Source of the DNA: Gammaproteobacteria bacterium
GTDB lineage: Bacteria > Pseudomonadota > Gammaproteobacteria > Ga0077536
Length of the DNA stretch: 64,000 bases
Assembly (NCBI GenBank): GCA_050247235.1
Contig: JBFWUN010000001.1
Coordinates: 103,630 to 167,629 of the forward strand
Reading direction: 5' to 3'
Positions within the stretch are counted from its first letter, which is position 1. Every line of letters starts with the position of its first letter. Below, one piece after another: positions 32,682-43,477 of this stretch. Below the pieces are notes generated by a model. That model did not search any database. It was not told where the DNA came from and was given only the letters and a program-made list of their open reading frames with translations. The position numbers were made by a program, and so were the translations under genes.

Positions 32682-33777
32682 TCGCGTCGGCCCCGGCACG
32701 CCGGTCGTCGTCGCGCTCTCGGGCGGGGTCGATTCGTCGGTCACTGCCGCGCTGCTGCAGGAAGCCGGCTGCGAAGTGAGCGCGCTCTTCATGAAGAACT
32801 GGCACGAGCCGCTCGCCGACGGCCACTGCCGCTGGGAGGAGGACGTCGCCGACGCCCTCGACGTGTGTGACCGGCTCGGAATCCCGCTCGACACGGTGGA
32901 CCTCGCGCAGGCGTACTGGGACGGCGTGTTCGAGGACTTCCTGCGCGAGTACGCGCGCGGCCGCACGCCGAACCCGGACGTCATGTGCAACCGCGAGGTG
33001 AAATTCAAAGCCTTCCTCGCGCATGCGCGCGCACTGGGCGGCGCGTTCGTCGCGACCGGCCACTACGCACGCATCGTGCGGTACGCTGACGGCTACCGGC
33101 TGCTGAAGGGACTGGATCCGAACAAAGACCAGAGTTACTTCCTGTACACGCTCGGCCAGGCGCAGCTCGCCGCAAGCCTGTTCCCGGTGGGCGATCTGTC
33201 CAAGCACGACGTGCGTGCGCGCGCCCGTGCGCTCGGCCTGGTCACGCACGACAAGAAGGACAGCACCGGCATCTGCTTTATCGGGGAGCAGCGCTTCCGC
33301 GCGTTTCTCGCCCATTACCTGCCGGCCCAGCCCGGCGTGGTGAAGAGCCTCGACGGCCGGGTGTTCGGCGAGCACCAGGGAGTCTTCTACTACACGCTCG
33401 GCCAGCGCGAAGGGCTCGGCATCGGCGGCGTGAAAGGCACGCCCGAAGGGGCCTGGTACGTGGTCGCCAAGGATGTCGCGGCGAACGAACTGTACGTCGC
33501 GCAAGGTCACGATCATCCCGCGCTGCTGAGCCGTGGACTGGAAGCGGACCAGCTGACGTGGGTGGCCGGCGCGCCACCGGACCTGCCGTTCACGTGCCGC
33601 GCGAAGACCCGCTACCGGCAGTCCGACCAGGAATGCACGATCACGCGGCTGGACGGCGAGCGCTGTGTCGTCAGGTTCGCGCACGCGCAACGCGCGGTGA
33701 CCCCGGGGCAGTCGGTGGTGTTCTACGCTGGCGACATGTGCCTCGGCGGCGGGATCATCGATACCACGCAAGGTTAA
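32662..33777 (+). CDS. mnmA: tRNA 2-thiouridine(34) synthase
   Basis: [40 protein letters not shown]. Confidence 0.97.
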   Translation: MTVASTDRVGPGTPVVVALSGGVDSSVTAALLQEAGCEVSALFMKNWHEPLADGHCRWEEDVADALDVCDRLGIPLDTVDLAQAYWDGVFEDFLREYARGRTPNPDVMCNREVKFKAFLAHARALGGAFVATGHYARIVRYADGYRLLKGLDPNKDQSYFLYTLGQAQLAASLFPVGDLSKHDVRARARALGLVTHDKKDSTGICFIGEQRFRAFLAHYLPAQPGVVKSLDGRVFGEHQGVFYYTLGQREGLGIGGVKGTPEGAWYVVAKDVAANELYVAQGHDHPALLSRGLEADQLTWVAGAPPDLPFTCRAKTRYRQSDQECTITRLDGERCVVRFAHAQRAVTPGQSVVFYAGDMCLGGGIIDTTQG

Positions 33778-33796
33778 CGTCACACGCGGCGAGCAC

Positions 33797-34780
33797 TCAA
33801 CGTCGCTCGTGGGCCATACGGTGCCCCACGCGCAACATCACGAGCGCGGATGCGAAAAGCGGCAAGACGCCCGGGACGGGGACGGGCGCCGGGGCGACGA
33901 TCGCCTGGCGGAAATCTGCGCCTGTTCCCGAGAACGCGGTGAAGTCGGCGACGGGATTGCCCGCAGCATCACGTACGTTCGTGACACCTGCCCAGGTGAT
34001 CGTGCTGCCGAAGTCGCCGACGAATGAAGTCGCGGCGGGAATCCCCGGCAGGGTCACCCTGCCTGTCGAACTCGAAGTTGCCGCGCCCACGATTTCGAGA
34101 TCCAGTGCGTAGTCGAAGGGCGTGCCGAACACGAATTCCAGCTCACCACCCACCCGTTCATGATCGAGACGCACGGCTGGAACATCGCTTCCCCGTCCTC
34201 GATTCACGGCGTGGAGCTGCAGGCTCTGTGTGAACGTGTTCACCGCGGAGAAGCTGATCGTGATATCTGCCGTTCCCTCGGCGAGCGAATTGTTGTCCAG
34301 CGGCGCATCACGACCGGCCGAGAGACCTCCATCGACCAGGAAGCCGAGATCCGCGAATCCGGTCGTGCCGGTGAGCGCCGGATTGTGGAGCACGATGGTG
34401 TCGCGCACATTGACCCGCATCTCGAAGAAGGCCTGTGCGCCGGCGGAGTCATTCCCAGGCACCGGCCCCGATACGCTGACGGCAGTGCCGACGAAACGCG
34501 TCCAGCCGTCACCGACCGTGGCCTGGACATCGGCGCTGCTGCCGAAAGGTGTGGCGAGTACAAAGTCGCTGCGGACGTCGCTCGTCAGCGGCTCATTGAA
34601 GAGTACCGTGTCCCCCCCGGAGATGGGCGGCGCCAGGTGGGGATGGTAGGAGCCCGTGGCCGTCACGAACCCGTCGATGAATGCCGTCATCGCCATCGAC
34701 TCGGCAGGCGCGACGGACAGCAGCAGCGCACTCAGCGAGAGCGCGCGCATCGACTTCTCCAGCCATGGTTTCACGATCAT
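33797..34780 (-). CDS. Secreted protein with VPxP-CTERM (PEP-CTERM-like) sorting signal
   Basis: Signal peptide MRALSLSALLLSVAPAESMA; C-terminus PAPVPVPG + hydrophobic helix + basic tail; start may be 34750. Confidence 0.72.
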   Translation of the reverse strand: MIVKPWLEKSMRALSLSALLLSVAPAESMAMTAFIDGFVTATGSYHPHLAPPISGGDTVLFNEPLTSDVRSDFVLATPFGSSADVQATVGDGWTRFVGTAVSVSGPVPGNDSAGAQAFFEMRVNVRDTIVLHNPALTGTTGFADLGFLVDGGLSAGRDAPLDNNSLAEGTADITISFSAVNTFTQSLQLHAVNRGRGSDVPAVRLDHERVGGELEFVFGTPFDYALDLEIVGAATSSSTGRVTLPGIPAATSFVGDFGSTITWAGVTNVRDAAGNPVADFTAFSGTGADFRQAIVAPAPVPVPGVLPLFASALVMLRVGHRMAHERR

Positions 34781-35104
34781 CGCATCGCTCCGAATGAGAA
34801 ACTGTTCAGGTGCGCCGCGGCGCAATCCCGGTCTCCGGCACGTTAGCATCGAAGCGGCCATGGCAATCCATACGAAAGTACGGGGATGTCGGTGTTTCGC
34901 CGGAATTCGGGCCAGCGCAGACGAAGCGGCGTCTCCACACGGCGCAGGCACGTGGCGCCATGCTCGGCGAACACGGTTCGATGGTGCGGTGACCCCTGCG
35001 ACGTTCACGCACTTCGCTTCGCGACTCGGACAAGTCGAGGACGGATCTACTCGGGAACTCTCCGCGCGCCTTGCGGAGGGTGATGGCAACGGCCGTGCTG
35101 CTGC

Positions 35105-35896
35105 TCAGTGGGCGTGACCCGTTACCGCGCCGGGCTGCACCAGGCCGGGCACGGTGGCCGGCGCCACCGCCACCCAGACTCCCAGCACCACCAGCCCCAG
35201 CGCGAGCCCGCGTGCGTAGCCGCGCCCCACCGGCAGCACTTTCTCCGCGAACATCGCGAGTGCGAGCAGGGTCATCCAGTAGAGGCTCATGATGCCGAGC
35301 GCGAAGAGCACCAGCATCAGCGACCAGCAGCAGCCGATGCAGTACGCCCCGTGCGCGAGGCCCATGCGCAGCGCGCCGCGAAGCCCGGGACGCCAGTGCT
35401 GCACGAAGAACGCGAACGGCGAGATGCAGTGATCGAGGCAGGCCTGCTTCCAGCGCGAGACCTGGTAGAGCCCGGCAATCGCGAGCACTGTGCCCGTCGT
35501 CTCCGGTCCCCACGCATCCCAGGCGAGCACGGGCGCGAACACCGCACGCAGGCCACGGTCTCCGAGCCACGCCAGCGCGCCGAAGCCGCCCCAGCACAAC
35601 AGGTAGCCGCCGAGGAAGAAGATGACCGCCAGCGCGGGCCGCGTGGCTTCCGTACGCGCGAACTGCGCGAACGCGAGCGTGAAGCGCAGCTCAGCGGGCA
35701 GCATCATCGCCGCCATCATGACCGTCCAGCTGACCAGGAACCCGGCGAAACCGCCGAGCGGCGTGCCGGGTCCGGCATCCATGCCGCCCATCAGTCGCGC
35801 GGTCAGGATCCAGCAGACCAGCGTGACCCCGGTGAGTCCCGCAATCACCGCGGCCGGTCCGCGCGGGCCGCGCGCGGCGGCGGCCGTCCCGCTCAC
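35105..35896 (-). CDS. DUF2182 predicted metal-binding membrane protein
   Basis: WTVMMAAMMLP, KQACLDHC, YCIGCCW, EK motifs; overlaps the DUF1326 stop. Confidence 0.85.
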   Translation of the reverse strand: MSGTAAAARGPRGPAAVIAGLTGVTLVCWILTARLMGGMDAGPGTPLGGFAGFLVSWTVMMAAMMLPAELRFTLAFAQFARTEATRPALAVIFFLGGYLLCWGGFGALAWLGDRGLRAVFAPVLAWDAWGPETTGTVLAIAGLYQVSRWKQACLDHCISPFAFFVQHWRPGLRGALRMGLAHGAYCIGCCWSLMLVLFALGIMSLYWMTLLALAMFAEKVLPVGRGYARGLALGLVVLGVWVAVAPATVPGLVQPGAVTGHAH

Positions 35897-36540
35897 GCCC
35901 GATCCGGCCCGCTCCAGGCGAACGGCAGGTGCTTGCTGGAGCGCCCGGCCACGTAATCCTGCCGGAAGCCAAAGGCCTCCCAGAACGCCTCCGTGCTGCT
36001 GCCCCACGTGGCCACCGTGCCGGACGGCCCGACCTCGCTGCCCGGCGGGTTGATCGTCTGCACGCGCCGCGCCGGGTCCGCGGTGGGTCCGGTCAGGGCG
36101 GCAGCGCCGGCGCGCACGTGGCCGGGGATCTCGACCCGCCAGTGCGCGAGTTCACCGTCGAGCGAAAACGAGATCGGGGCGACCGTCTTGCCGCGGATGC
36201 GCTTGATCATGCGCGCGAGCCCCGCCATCCAGCCGCCTGCCTGGCCACTCCAGATCATCTCCAGCGCCTCCTGCTGACGCACGTCGGCCGCGGCGTCCAG
36301 GAACACGCCGGCCTCCCAGTCCGCGGTGCCGGCCCAGGCGTTGCCGGTGAAGCGTGATACCAGCACCACGTTCAGCCCGGCGAGCGGGACATCGCCGTAG
36401 CGACCTTCACGCACGTGGTACGCGAGCACGCCTTCGCAGTAGTTGTCCGTGGGGGCCTGCGCGAATTCGCACGGACAGGGGATGTTGCAGCTGCAGACAT
36501 CGAACCAGTCACCCGTGACGTGCCACTGGGGAATGCTCAT
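35893..36540 (-). CDS. DUF1326 domain protein
   Basis: W...GDWFDVCSCNIPCPC..AQAPT...CEG, Q.EAL..I.SG..GG. Confidence 0.85.
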   Translation of the reverse strand: MSIPQWHVTGDWFDVCSCNIPCPCEFAQAPTDNYCEGVLAYHVREGRYGDVPLAGLNVVLVSRFTGNAWAGTADWEAGVFLDAAADVRQQEALEMIWSGQAGGWMAGLARMIKRIRGKTVAPISFSLDGELAHWRVEIPGHVRAGAAALTGPTADPARRVQTINPPGSEVGPSGTVATWGSSTEAFWEAFGFRQDYVAGRSSKHLPFAWSGPDRA

Positions 36541-36773
36541 GGTCGATCTCCGGGGTGGGGCTGAGCGGGAGCTTTGCGCCGCGCGACGCCGCATGTCAAT
36601 GACCGCGGCGCCCCGCCGGAACCGGGCGTGGGACCGTGTGCACGTCCGGCTGACCCCACGTCCGCGCATACGCCGCCTGGCCGGACGCGGCGGGTTGTGC
36701 ACTACAACACCCAGGGGTCTTCGCCGATAATACAGGCCTGATTTTCCACCCCAGCCCAGACTCGGGAGTTCCG

Positions 36774-39431
36774 ATGACCAACAGCTTCAACGCGCGCGCC
36801 GCCCTGAAAGTCGGCGCCAAGGAATACCAGTACTACAGCCTCAAGGCGCTCGAGCCCCAGTTCAATCTGTCCCGCCTCCCCTACTCCTACAAGATCCTGC
36901 TCGAGAACCTGCTGCGTCACGAGGACGGCGCCAACACGACCAAGGCGGACATCGAGGCGCTGGCCGGCGCGAACCTGCAGAAGCTGCCCGCCAAGGACAT
37001 CAACTTCACGCCGGCGCGCGTGGTGCTGCAGGACTTCACGGGCGTGCCGTGCGTGGTGGACCTCGCGGCGATGCGTGACGCCATCCGCAAGCTCGGCGGG
37101 GATGCGGCCAAGGTCAACCCGCTGTGCCCGGTGGAGCTCGTGATCGATCACTCGGTGATGATCGATCACTACGGTTCGAAGGACGCGCTGGACCTGAACG
37201 CCAAGGTCGAATTCCAGCGCAACGAGGAACGCTACACGTTCCTGCGCTGGGGCCAGGAAGCGCTCAAGAACTTCAAGGCGGTGCCGCCCGACACCGGCAT
37301 CGTGCACCAGGTCAACATCGAATACCTCGCGCGGGTGGTGTTCGACAACGCAGGACTGCTTTACCCCGACAGCTGCTTCGGCACCGACAGCCACACGACG
37401 ATGGTCAATGGCATCGGGGTGCTCGGCTGGGGTGTCGGCGGGATCGAGGCGGAAGCCGCGATGCTCGGCCAGCCGTCGTCGATGCTGATGCCGGAAGTCA
37501 TCGGCGTGCGCGTGACCGGCAGGCTCGCCGAGGGCGCCACCGCGACGGATCTCGTGCTGACCGTCACCGAGATGCTGCGCAAGCGCGGCGTCGTCGAGAA
37601 ATTCGTGGAGTTCTTCGGCCCCGGGCTTGCCAACCTGTCGGCGTCTGACCGCAACACCATCGCGAACATGGGCCCGGAGTACGGCGCGACCTGCGGCATC
37701 TTCCCGATTGACGAGGAGACTTTGAACTACCTGCGCCTGACCGGCCGCAGCGAAGACCAGATCGCAGTGGTGAAAGCGTACGCGCAGGCCCAGGGCATGT
37801 GGTGGACACCGGATTCTCCGGAAGCCGAGTACACCGACGTGCTCGCGCTCGACCTCGGTTCCATCGGGCCGTCGCTCGCCGGCCCGAAGCGACCGCAGGA
37901 CCGCGTGCTGCTGTCGGACGTGAAAGCCAATTTCCGGTCGGCCTTCGAAGCCGAGCAGAAAATGCGCCCTTCGTCGGGCCCGGCCAAGGTCACCGATCGT
38001 GGCCAGACGTTCGACCTGAAGGACGGCGCGGTGGTGATCGCGGCGATCACGTCGTGCACCAATACGTCCAACCCGAGCGTGCTGATCGGCGCGGGCCTGC
38101 TCGCCCGCAAGGCGCGCGCGCTGGGCCTGAAAGCGCAGCCATGGGTCAAGACCTCGCTCGCGCCGGGTTCGAAGGCCGTCACCGAGTACCTTGCGAAGGC
38201 CGGGCTGATCGAAGACCTGGAGCATCTTGGCTTCCATGTCGCGGCGTACGGCTGCACTACCTGCATCGGCAATTCCGGCCCGTTGAACGAGCCCATCGGC
38301 AAGGCCATCCAGGACCACAAGCTCAGCGTGTCTGCCGTGCTGTCCGGCAACCGCAATTTCGAGGGCCGGGTGCACCAGGACGTGCGCATGAACTACCTTG
38401 CGTCGCCGCCGCTCGTCGTCGCGTACGCGATCGCGGGCACCACCGATATCGACCTGACCCAGGATCCGCTCGGCAAAGGTGCCAGCGGCCAGGACGTGTA
38501 CCTGAAGGACATCTGGCCGAGCAACGCCGAGATCCAGGAAGCAGTGGCAAAATCGGTTACCGCCGAACTCTTCAAGAAGAGTTACGCGGACGTCCTGAAA
38601 GGCGATGCGCGCTGGCAGGGCATCAAGGTCACGAAGTCCGAAACCTACCCGTGGGATGCGAAGAGCACCTACATCCAGAATCCGCCGTACTTCGAAGGCA
38701 TGACCATGACGCCGCCGGGCATCCAGCCAATCAAGGGTGCGCGCGTGCTGGCGGTGCTCGGTGACTCGATCACCACCGATCACATCTCACCCGCCGGCGA
38801 CATCAAGCTGGACGGCCCGGCCGGCAAGTACCTTGCCGAGCGCGGCGTGCAGAAAGCCGACTTCAACAGTTTCGGCTCCCGCCGCGGGAACCACGAGATC
38901 ATGATGCGTGGCACGTTTGCGAACACGCGCATCAAGAACGCGATGACGCCGGGGGTCGAAGGCGGCGTGTCCCGCGTCATCAACGGCAGCGGCGGACCGG
39001 TGGAACCGATCTACGACGTCGCGATGAAGTACGCCGAGAAGCAGGTGCCGCTGGTGGTCCTGGCCGGCAAGGAATACGGCACGGGCTCGAGCCGTGACTG
39101 GGCCGCGAAGGGCACCATTCTCCTGGGCGTCAAGGCTGTGATCTCGGAGAGCTTCGAACGCATCCACCGCGCGAACCTCGTTGGCATGGGCGTGCTGCCG
39201 CTGAACTTTGCGGACGGACAGAACGCGCAGTCGCTGGGGCTGGACGGCACCGAGGTGTTCGATTTCGAAGGGCTTGCGGAAGGCGCGAAGGAGCTGACCG
39301 TCAACGCGAAGAAGGCGGACGGCAGGACGGTCACGTTCAAGGCCAGGGTACGCATCAACACGCCGATGGAGTGGGCGTACTACGCGCACGGTGGCGTGCT
39401 GCAGTACATGCTTCGCCAGATGGCGAGCTGA
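36774..39431 (+). CDS. acnA: Aconitate hydratase A
   Basis: [58 protein letters not shown]. Confidence 0.97.
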   Translation: MTNSFNARAALKVGAKEYQYYSLKALEPQFNLSRLPYSYKILLENLLRHEDGANTTKADIEALAGANLQKLPAKDINFTPARVVLQDFTGVPCVVDLAAMRDAIRKLGGDAAKVNPLCPVELVIDHSVMIDHYGSKDALDLNAKVEFQRNEERYTFLRWGQEALKNFKAVPPDTGIVHQVNIEYLARVVFDNAGLLYPDSCFGTDSHTTMVNGIGVLGWGVGGIEAEAAMLGQPSSMLMPEVIGVRVTGRLAEGATATDLVLTVTEMLRKRGVVEKFVEFFGPGLANLSASDRNTIANMGPEYGATCGIFPIDEETLNYLRLTGRSEDQIAVVKAYAQAQGMWWTPDSPEAEYTDVLALDLGSIGPSLAGPKRPQDRVLLSDVKANFRSAFEAEQKMRPSSGPAKVTDRGQTFDLKDGAVVIAAITSCTNTSNPSVLIGAGLLARKARALGLKAQPWVKTSLAPGSKAVTEYLAKAGLIEDLEHLGFHVAAYGCTTCIGNSGPLNEPIGKAIQDHKLSVSAVLSGNRNFEGRVHQDVRMNYLASPPLVVAYAIAGTTDIDLTQDPLGKGASGQDVYLKDIWPSNAEIQEAVAKSVTAELFKKSYADVLKGDARWQGIKVTKSETYPWDAKSTYIQNPPYFEGMTMTPPGIQPIKGARVLAVLGDSITTDHISPAGDIKLDGPAGKYLAERGVQKADFNSFGSRRGNHEIMMRGTFANTRIKNAMTPGVEGGVSRVINGSGGPVEPIYDVAMKYAEKQVPLVVLAGKEYGTGSSRDWAAKGTILLGVKAVISESFERIHRANLVGMGVLPLNFADGQNAQSLGLDGTEVFDFEGLAEGAKELTVNAKKADGRTVTFKARVRINTPMEWAYYAHGGVLQYMLRQMAS

Positions 39432-39479
39432 GCTCGGCGCACATGCGAGAGAAAACCCGGCGCGAGCCGGGTTTTTTTT
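39051..39479 (+). repeat. 429-bp direct repeat, copy 1 (acnA 3' end + terminator)
   Basis: No differences from 41847-42275 found on reading by eye. Confidence 0.93.
39452..39479 (+). terminator. Rho-independent terminator, probably bidirectional
   Basis: AAAACCCGGC-GCGA-GCCGGG-T8. Confidence 0.9.
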
Positions 39480-39550
39480 ACTTGTCCCGTTTACGCTTCC
39501 TCGTCACGTACAAGTGGCTAGATGCAAACAATCGAATAACTCAACCCTCA

Positions 39551-40567
39551 TCAGACAGTTCCACGTTCAAGCTCGGCAGTGATGCCATGCAATCCTTTGT
39601 CCTTGATGATCCCCAGGAATCTTTGCAAGGGCGTCATGTCATGCCTGAGCGAAAAGTGCATATTCAACTCAGCCCCGGCGTAGTTACGGGCAAATGACTT
39701 TACGCGCACGGCGAAAACTCGTTCGAAAAGCTTCTCACGCAGGATTTGATTGGCGCGGCGAGCGGACAGGACATACCAGCAAGCGGCGGCAACTTCGCTT
39801 CGAAGCCGGGTCACGACCTGGACGAAAGGCTCAGTAGTTGAATCGAGCAGGTGTTCGACGACGCGCTCTTCGAGCTTGCGCTTTCTTTTGATTTCCTTGG
39901 AAGCGTATGCGAGTGCGATTAATCCGACCCATGGACGAGGGATCTGTTTTCCAACTTCGGTAGCGGCAATTGGGCAATCTATCACCACCCAGAGATAGGG
40001 TAAGACCTCCTGTTCTTGCTTTTGCAGCCCGTGGTGGATCTTGTAGGTCGCCAACGGAAAGCAGTCTTCCGGTTCGAGGTTCACCATGTCGCTAGCGTTT
40101 CGGAAGCGGGCGCCGTGGAGCTTGATGTTTATTCGGAAAACCTGGCGCCGCCCTCCGTTGAGTACTCGGTAGTCGGTGTCGTTGCGCGCGCTTCGATCAT
40201 CTTCTAGGGTCAGTTCGGTAGTACCAATCACGGTGCGGTAGATGTGTTCAAATGCTTGCTCGGCGAGGTTACCTAGTAACAGTTGGCCAAGCATGGTTTC
40301 GGCACGGGTGACGAGCTTTTCAGATAGCGCGCTACCCTGGGCGAGTCCAACTGCCAGCTGCAGGGCGTCGGGTGCATCAAGTAGGGCAGCAATTTTCTTG
40401 GCGCGCGCCGCCAATCGGCGATTCGGTTGATCGATGATTGGTTCGGCAACCTGCTGCGTCCGCCGGCATTCGATGAACTCGGCCAACAGTCCGAACGGCT
40501 CAGGCAGGTCGGTCTCGGCGTACAACAAGCGCACTAACGATACAAGCGTGTCTACCGACGGAATCAT
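39551..40567 (-). CDS. Putative restriction endonuclease (PD-(D/E)xK-like), partner of the adjacent MTase
   Basis: Translationally coupled to the MTase; GNLAEQAF...NDTDYRV...FRINIK pattern; lower GC than flanks. Confidence 0.55.
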   Translation of the reverse strand: MIPSVDTLVSLVRLLYAETDLPEPFGLLAEFIECRRTQQVAEPIIDQPNRRLAARAKKIAALLDAPDALQLAVGLAQGSALSEKLVTRAETMLGQLLLGNLAEQAFEHIYRTVIGTTELTLEDDRSARNDTDYRVLNGGRRQVFRINIKLHGARFRNASDMVNLEPEDCFPLATYKIHHGLQKQEQEVLPYLWVVIDCPIAATEVGKQIPRPWVGLIALAYASKEIKRKRKLEERVVEHLLDSTTEPFVQVVTRLRSEVAAACWYVLSARRANQILREKLFERVFAVRVKSFARNYAGAELNMHFSLRHDMTPLQRFLGIIKDKGLHGITAELERGTV

Positions 40568-41595
40568 CACAAGGTATCGGCGAAGCGGAGCTGAGAATTC
40601 TCGACGTAACGCGGTTCCAGCTCGAAGCCGAGCCACCGGCGATTGAGCGCTTCGGCGACAGCCCCAGTGGTATTACTCCCGGCGAAGGGATCGAGCACGA
40701 CGTCGTACTCGTCAGTCAAGAAGCGAGTGTAGAACTCGGGCAACGCGGCTGGGAAGCGGGCCGGATGCGCTTTCTGTTTGGTATCGAGGCAACGCCTGAT
40801 ATAGGCGCTGTTGCTCTCATTGTTGCCACGTTCCAGCAGGTTTGGAGGGATCGCGCCGCCTTGATCCAGTTGAAACTTGCCGGTGATGTTGTGGCCGCTC
40901 GGGCGTTGTTTGGCTTTGTAGCCCTTAACCAACAGTCGCTTCATATCGGGGCTGTACTCAGTAAGCACGTTGCGGTTATTGGCTTTTGGAAATGGGGACT
41001 TGCTAAGCCACCAAACATACTCGACCGAATCCTTAATGCGGACGCGGCGAACATTAACCCACTCGGCCGGAGTCGGAAGTTTGGCCGGGTTGTACCAGAA
41101 GCATTCTTGCGCTAGATGAAAGCCAAGATCGTCACATAGGGCAAGCAACAAACGATAGTGGTAAAGCGAGCGCGTCGGCGAGCCGGCATTGTAGCTACCA
41201 CCGATGTTGAGCACGAAGCTGCCGTCTGCAGTCAGTATTCGCTGGATCTGCTCGGCAAAAGGCAAGAACCATTTTACGTAGCCTGCTTTATCAACATTTC
41301 CGTACTCCTTCTTGAAATGCAGGGCGTAAGGTGGCGAAGTGATGACGAGATTCACGCAGCCTGCCGGTAACTGCTGCATAAGTTTGGCCGAGTCACCCTG
41401 TACCATGGCACCCAGCTCGGTTCGATAACGAGGCGTGGTCGTCAGTAGGTCGCCGACATGGCGGTCGCGTGCGGGCCGGTTCGTGACAGACATGAAACGT
41501 TCGTGGCGATCATGTTGAACGAGGGTAGTCGCCGAAGATGACTTGTTGCGCTGGGAGCGAAGTTGCGCGCGAATATTGTTGCGGTTGACGGCCAT
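40567..41595 (-). CDS. Beta-class N4-cytosine DNA methyltransferase (M.PvuII-like)
   Basis: TSPPY precedes [10 protein letters not shown]; [39 protein letters not shown] match M.PvuII as recalled; TAAGGA RBS before 41595. Confidence 0.9.
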   Translation of the reverse strand: MAVNRNNIRAQLRSQRNKSSSATTLVQHDRHERFMSVTNRPARDRHVGDLLTTTPRYRTELGAMVQGDSAKLMQQLPAGCVNLVITSPPYALHFKKEYGNVDKAGYVKWFLPFAEQIQRILTADGSFVLNIGGSYNAGSPTRSLYHYRLLLALCDDLGFHLAQECFWYNPAKLPTPAEWVNVRRVRIKDSVEYVWWLSKSPFPKANNRNVLTEYSPDMKRLLVKGYKAKQRPSGHNITGKFQLDQGGAIPPNLLERGNNESNSAYIRRCLDTKQKAHPARFPAALPEFYTRFLTDEYDVVLDPFAGSNTTGAVAEALNRRWLGFELEPRYVENSQLRFADTL

Positions 41596-41846
41596 GAGTG
41601 TCCTTAGCTGGCTTTGCGCGTGGCTCGGTCCGCGCCAACGAATGTGTTGGACTATTCGACTAGGCGCCGATTCGATTTCAGCGTCGCCTGTGAGAAGCCG
41701 GAAGAATAAACTGTCGCTTAGTACGCCGGAAGGGCCTTAGGGGTTCGCCTGGCCTATCGGCGTGTCGTCGAAACCGCCCGAAGCGGATTTCTTGACATTG
41801 ATCTTCAATATCTGCATGCGTAGACAGAAGCTTCCCGAGCGCTCCT

Positions 41847-42275
41847 CTGGTGGTCCTGGCCGGCAAGGAATACGGCACGGGCTCGAGCCGTGACTGGGCC
41901 GCGAAGGGCACCATTCTCCTGGGCGTCAAGGCTGTGATCTCGGAGAGCTTCGAACGCATCCACCGCGCGAACCTCGTTGGCATGGGCGTGCTGCCGCTGA
42001 ACTTTGCGGACGGACAGAACGCGCAGTCGCTGGGGCTGGACGGCACCGAGGTGTTCGATTTCGAAGGGCTTGCGGAAGGCGCGAAGGAGCTGACCGTCAA
42101 CGCGAAGAAGGCGGACGGCAGGACGGTCACGTTCAAGGCCAGGGTACGCATCAACACGCCGATGGAGTGGGCGTACTACGCGCACGGTGGCGTGCTGCAG
42201 TACATGCTTCGCCAGATGGCGAGCTGAGCTCGGCGCACATGCGAGAGAAAACCCGGCGCGAGCCGGGTTTTTTTT
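41847..42275 (+). repeat. 429-bp direct repeat, copy 2 (5'-truncated acnA fragment + terminator)
   Basis: Duplicate of 39051-39479; encodes only the last ~126 aa of AcnA. Confidence 0.93.
42248..42275 (+). terminator. Duplicated acnA terminator
   Basis: Same hairpin + T8 as 39452-39479. Confidence 0.85.
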
Positions 42276-42385
42276 CGTTCGCACCCGGCCAGGGCAAACC
42301 CGTTGCGGTGTCCTGCACGGCGCCCGGGTTGCGCATCGCGCGGTGTATAGTCGGTCTCCCGTTCGCTGGTGAGTGGAGACCCGTC

Positions 42386-43477
42386 ATGCAGGAATGGCCC
42401 GAGATCCGCGCGTGGCGCGTGGAGACGCGTCAGCGCCTGCTCGACGCGCGTCGTGCGTTGAGTCACGACGCGCGCCGTCGCATCCGCGACGCGCTCGTCG
42501 CCGGTCTCATGGACGCGCTCGTGCCGCGGATTCACGCGCGCCATGTGCTCGGGTTCTACTGGCCCATCAGGGGCGAGTTCGATCTGCGCGAAGTGGTCGA
42601 AGCCTGTCTCGCGCGCGGCGCCCGCGCCGCGCTGCCCGAAGTCGTGGACAAGTCGGGGCCACTGGTGTTCCGTCCATGGGTTCCGGGATGCGCGATGAAG
42701 ACAGGCGTGTGGAACATCCCGATCCCGGACACCGGGGACGTGGTGTTCCCGGACATCCTGCTGGTGCCGCTGGTCGGCTTCGACGACGCAGGTTACCGGC
42801 TCGGCTACGGCGGCGGTTACTACGACCGTACGATCGCCGCGCACCCGGGGCGACCGCTGTGTGTCGGCGTGGGCATGGCCGCGGCGCGGCTGCCCGGGAT
42901 TCATCCGCAGGCGCATGACGTCCCGATGCACGCAGTACTGACCGAGGCCGGCTGGGTGCGCCCCCTGCCCACGCAGGCCCTCGACGCCGCTACGGCCGCG
43001 ACATCCGCTTGTGCATCACCACCGTGCAACGCGGGCGATGCCGATCCCGCGTACATGGGCTACCTGCCGACCGACGAACTCGTCGCGTCGCTGAACGCGC
43101 TGCTCGAAGCCGAGCGCGCCGGAGCCATTGGCGTGAAAACGCTTGCTCGCGCCGATGGCCCCGGCCCTCGGCGCGCGCTGCTCGGGGCCGTCGCCGACGA
43201 CGAAGCCTACTTCTGCGGCATGCTGCGCCGGCACATTCTCGCGCTCGGCGGCACACCGAGCGAACGGACCGGGGCGTTCCTCGACAAGCTGCTCGCCGTC
43301 ACCGCGCCGGGACCACAACTGGAACTCCTGAACCGGGGACAGGGCTGGGTGGTGCGCCAGCTCGACGCGCTGCTTCCGCGAATCGCGAATGCAGAACTGA
43401 CGCGCGATCTGCGCGACATGCGCCAGCGCCACGTCGACAACATCGCGCGTTGCGAGGAAAAGACTATGCGAACGTGA
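42386..43477 (+). CDS. 5-formyltetrahydrofolate cyclo-ligase fused to a C-terminal ferritin-like (DUF6306-like) domain
   Basis: YWPIRGE, VPLVGFD, RLGYGGGYYDRT, HDVPM; then LNALLEAERAGA, DDEAYFC, LLNRGQGWVVR. Confidence 0.8.
   Translation: MQEWPEIRAWRVETRQRLLDARRALSHDARRRIRDALVAGLMDALVPRIHARHVLGFYWPIRGEFDLREVVEACLARGARAALPEVVDKSGPLVFRPWVPGCAMKTGVWNIPIPDTGDVVFPDILLVPLVGFDDAGYRLGYGGGYYDRTIAAHPGRPLCVGVGMAAARLPGIHPQAHDVPMHAVLTEAGWVRPLPTQALDAATAATSACASPPCNAGDADPAYMGYLPTDELVASLNALLEAERAGAIGVKTLARADGPGPRRALLGAVADDEAYFCGMLRRHILALGGTPSERTGAFLDKLLAVTAPGPQLELLNRGQGWVVRQLDALLPRIANAELTRDLRDMRQRHVDNIARCEEKTMRT

Noticed and set aside
36702-38783. Long antisense ORFs (also 19575-21326, 8399-9871, 43557-45140)
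   Set aside because: Shadows of well-supported genes caused by GC-rich codon bias; no recognisable motifs
39480-41846. Prophage or IS origin for the R-M island
   Set aside because: No integrase, transposase, terminal inverted repeats or phage genes seen
41850-42227. 125-aa 'aconitase swivel domain' ORF as an independent gene
   Set aside because: It is the duplicated acnA 3' end, beginning mid-domain at the repeat boundary
42276-42385. 6S RNA upstream of the 5-formyl-THF cyclo-ligase
   Set aside because: The gap is only ~110 nt and no long 6S-like rod is visible
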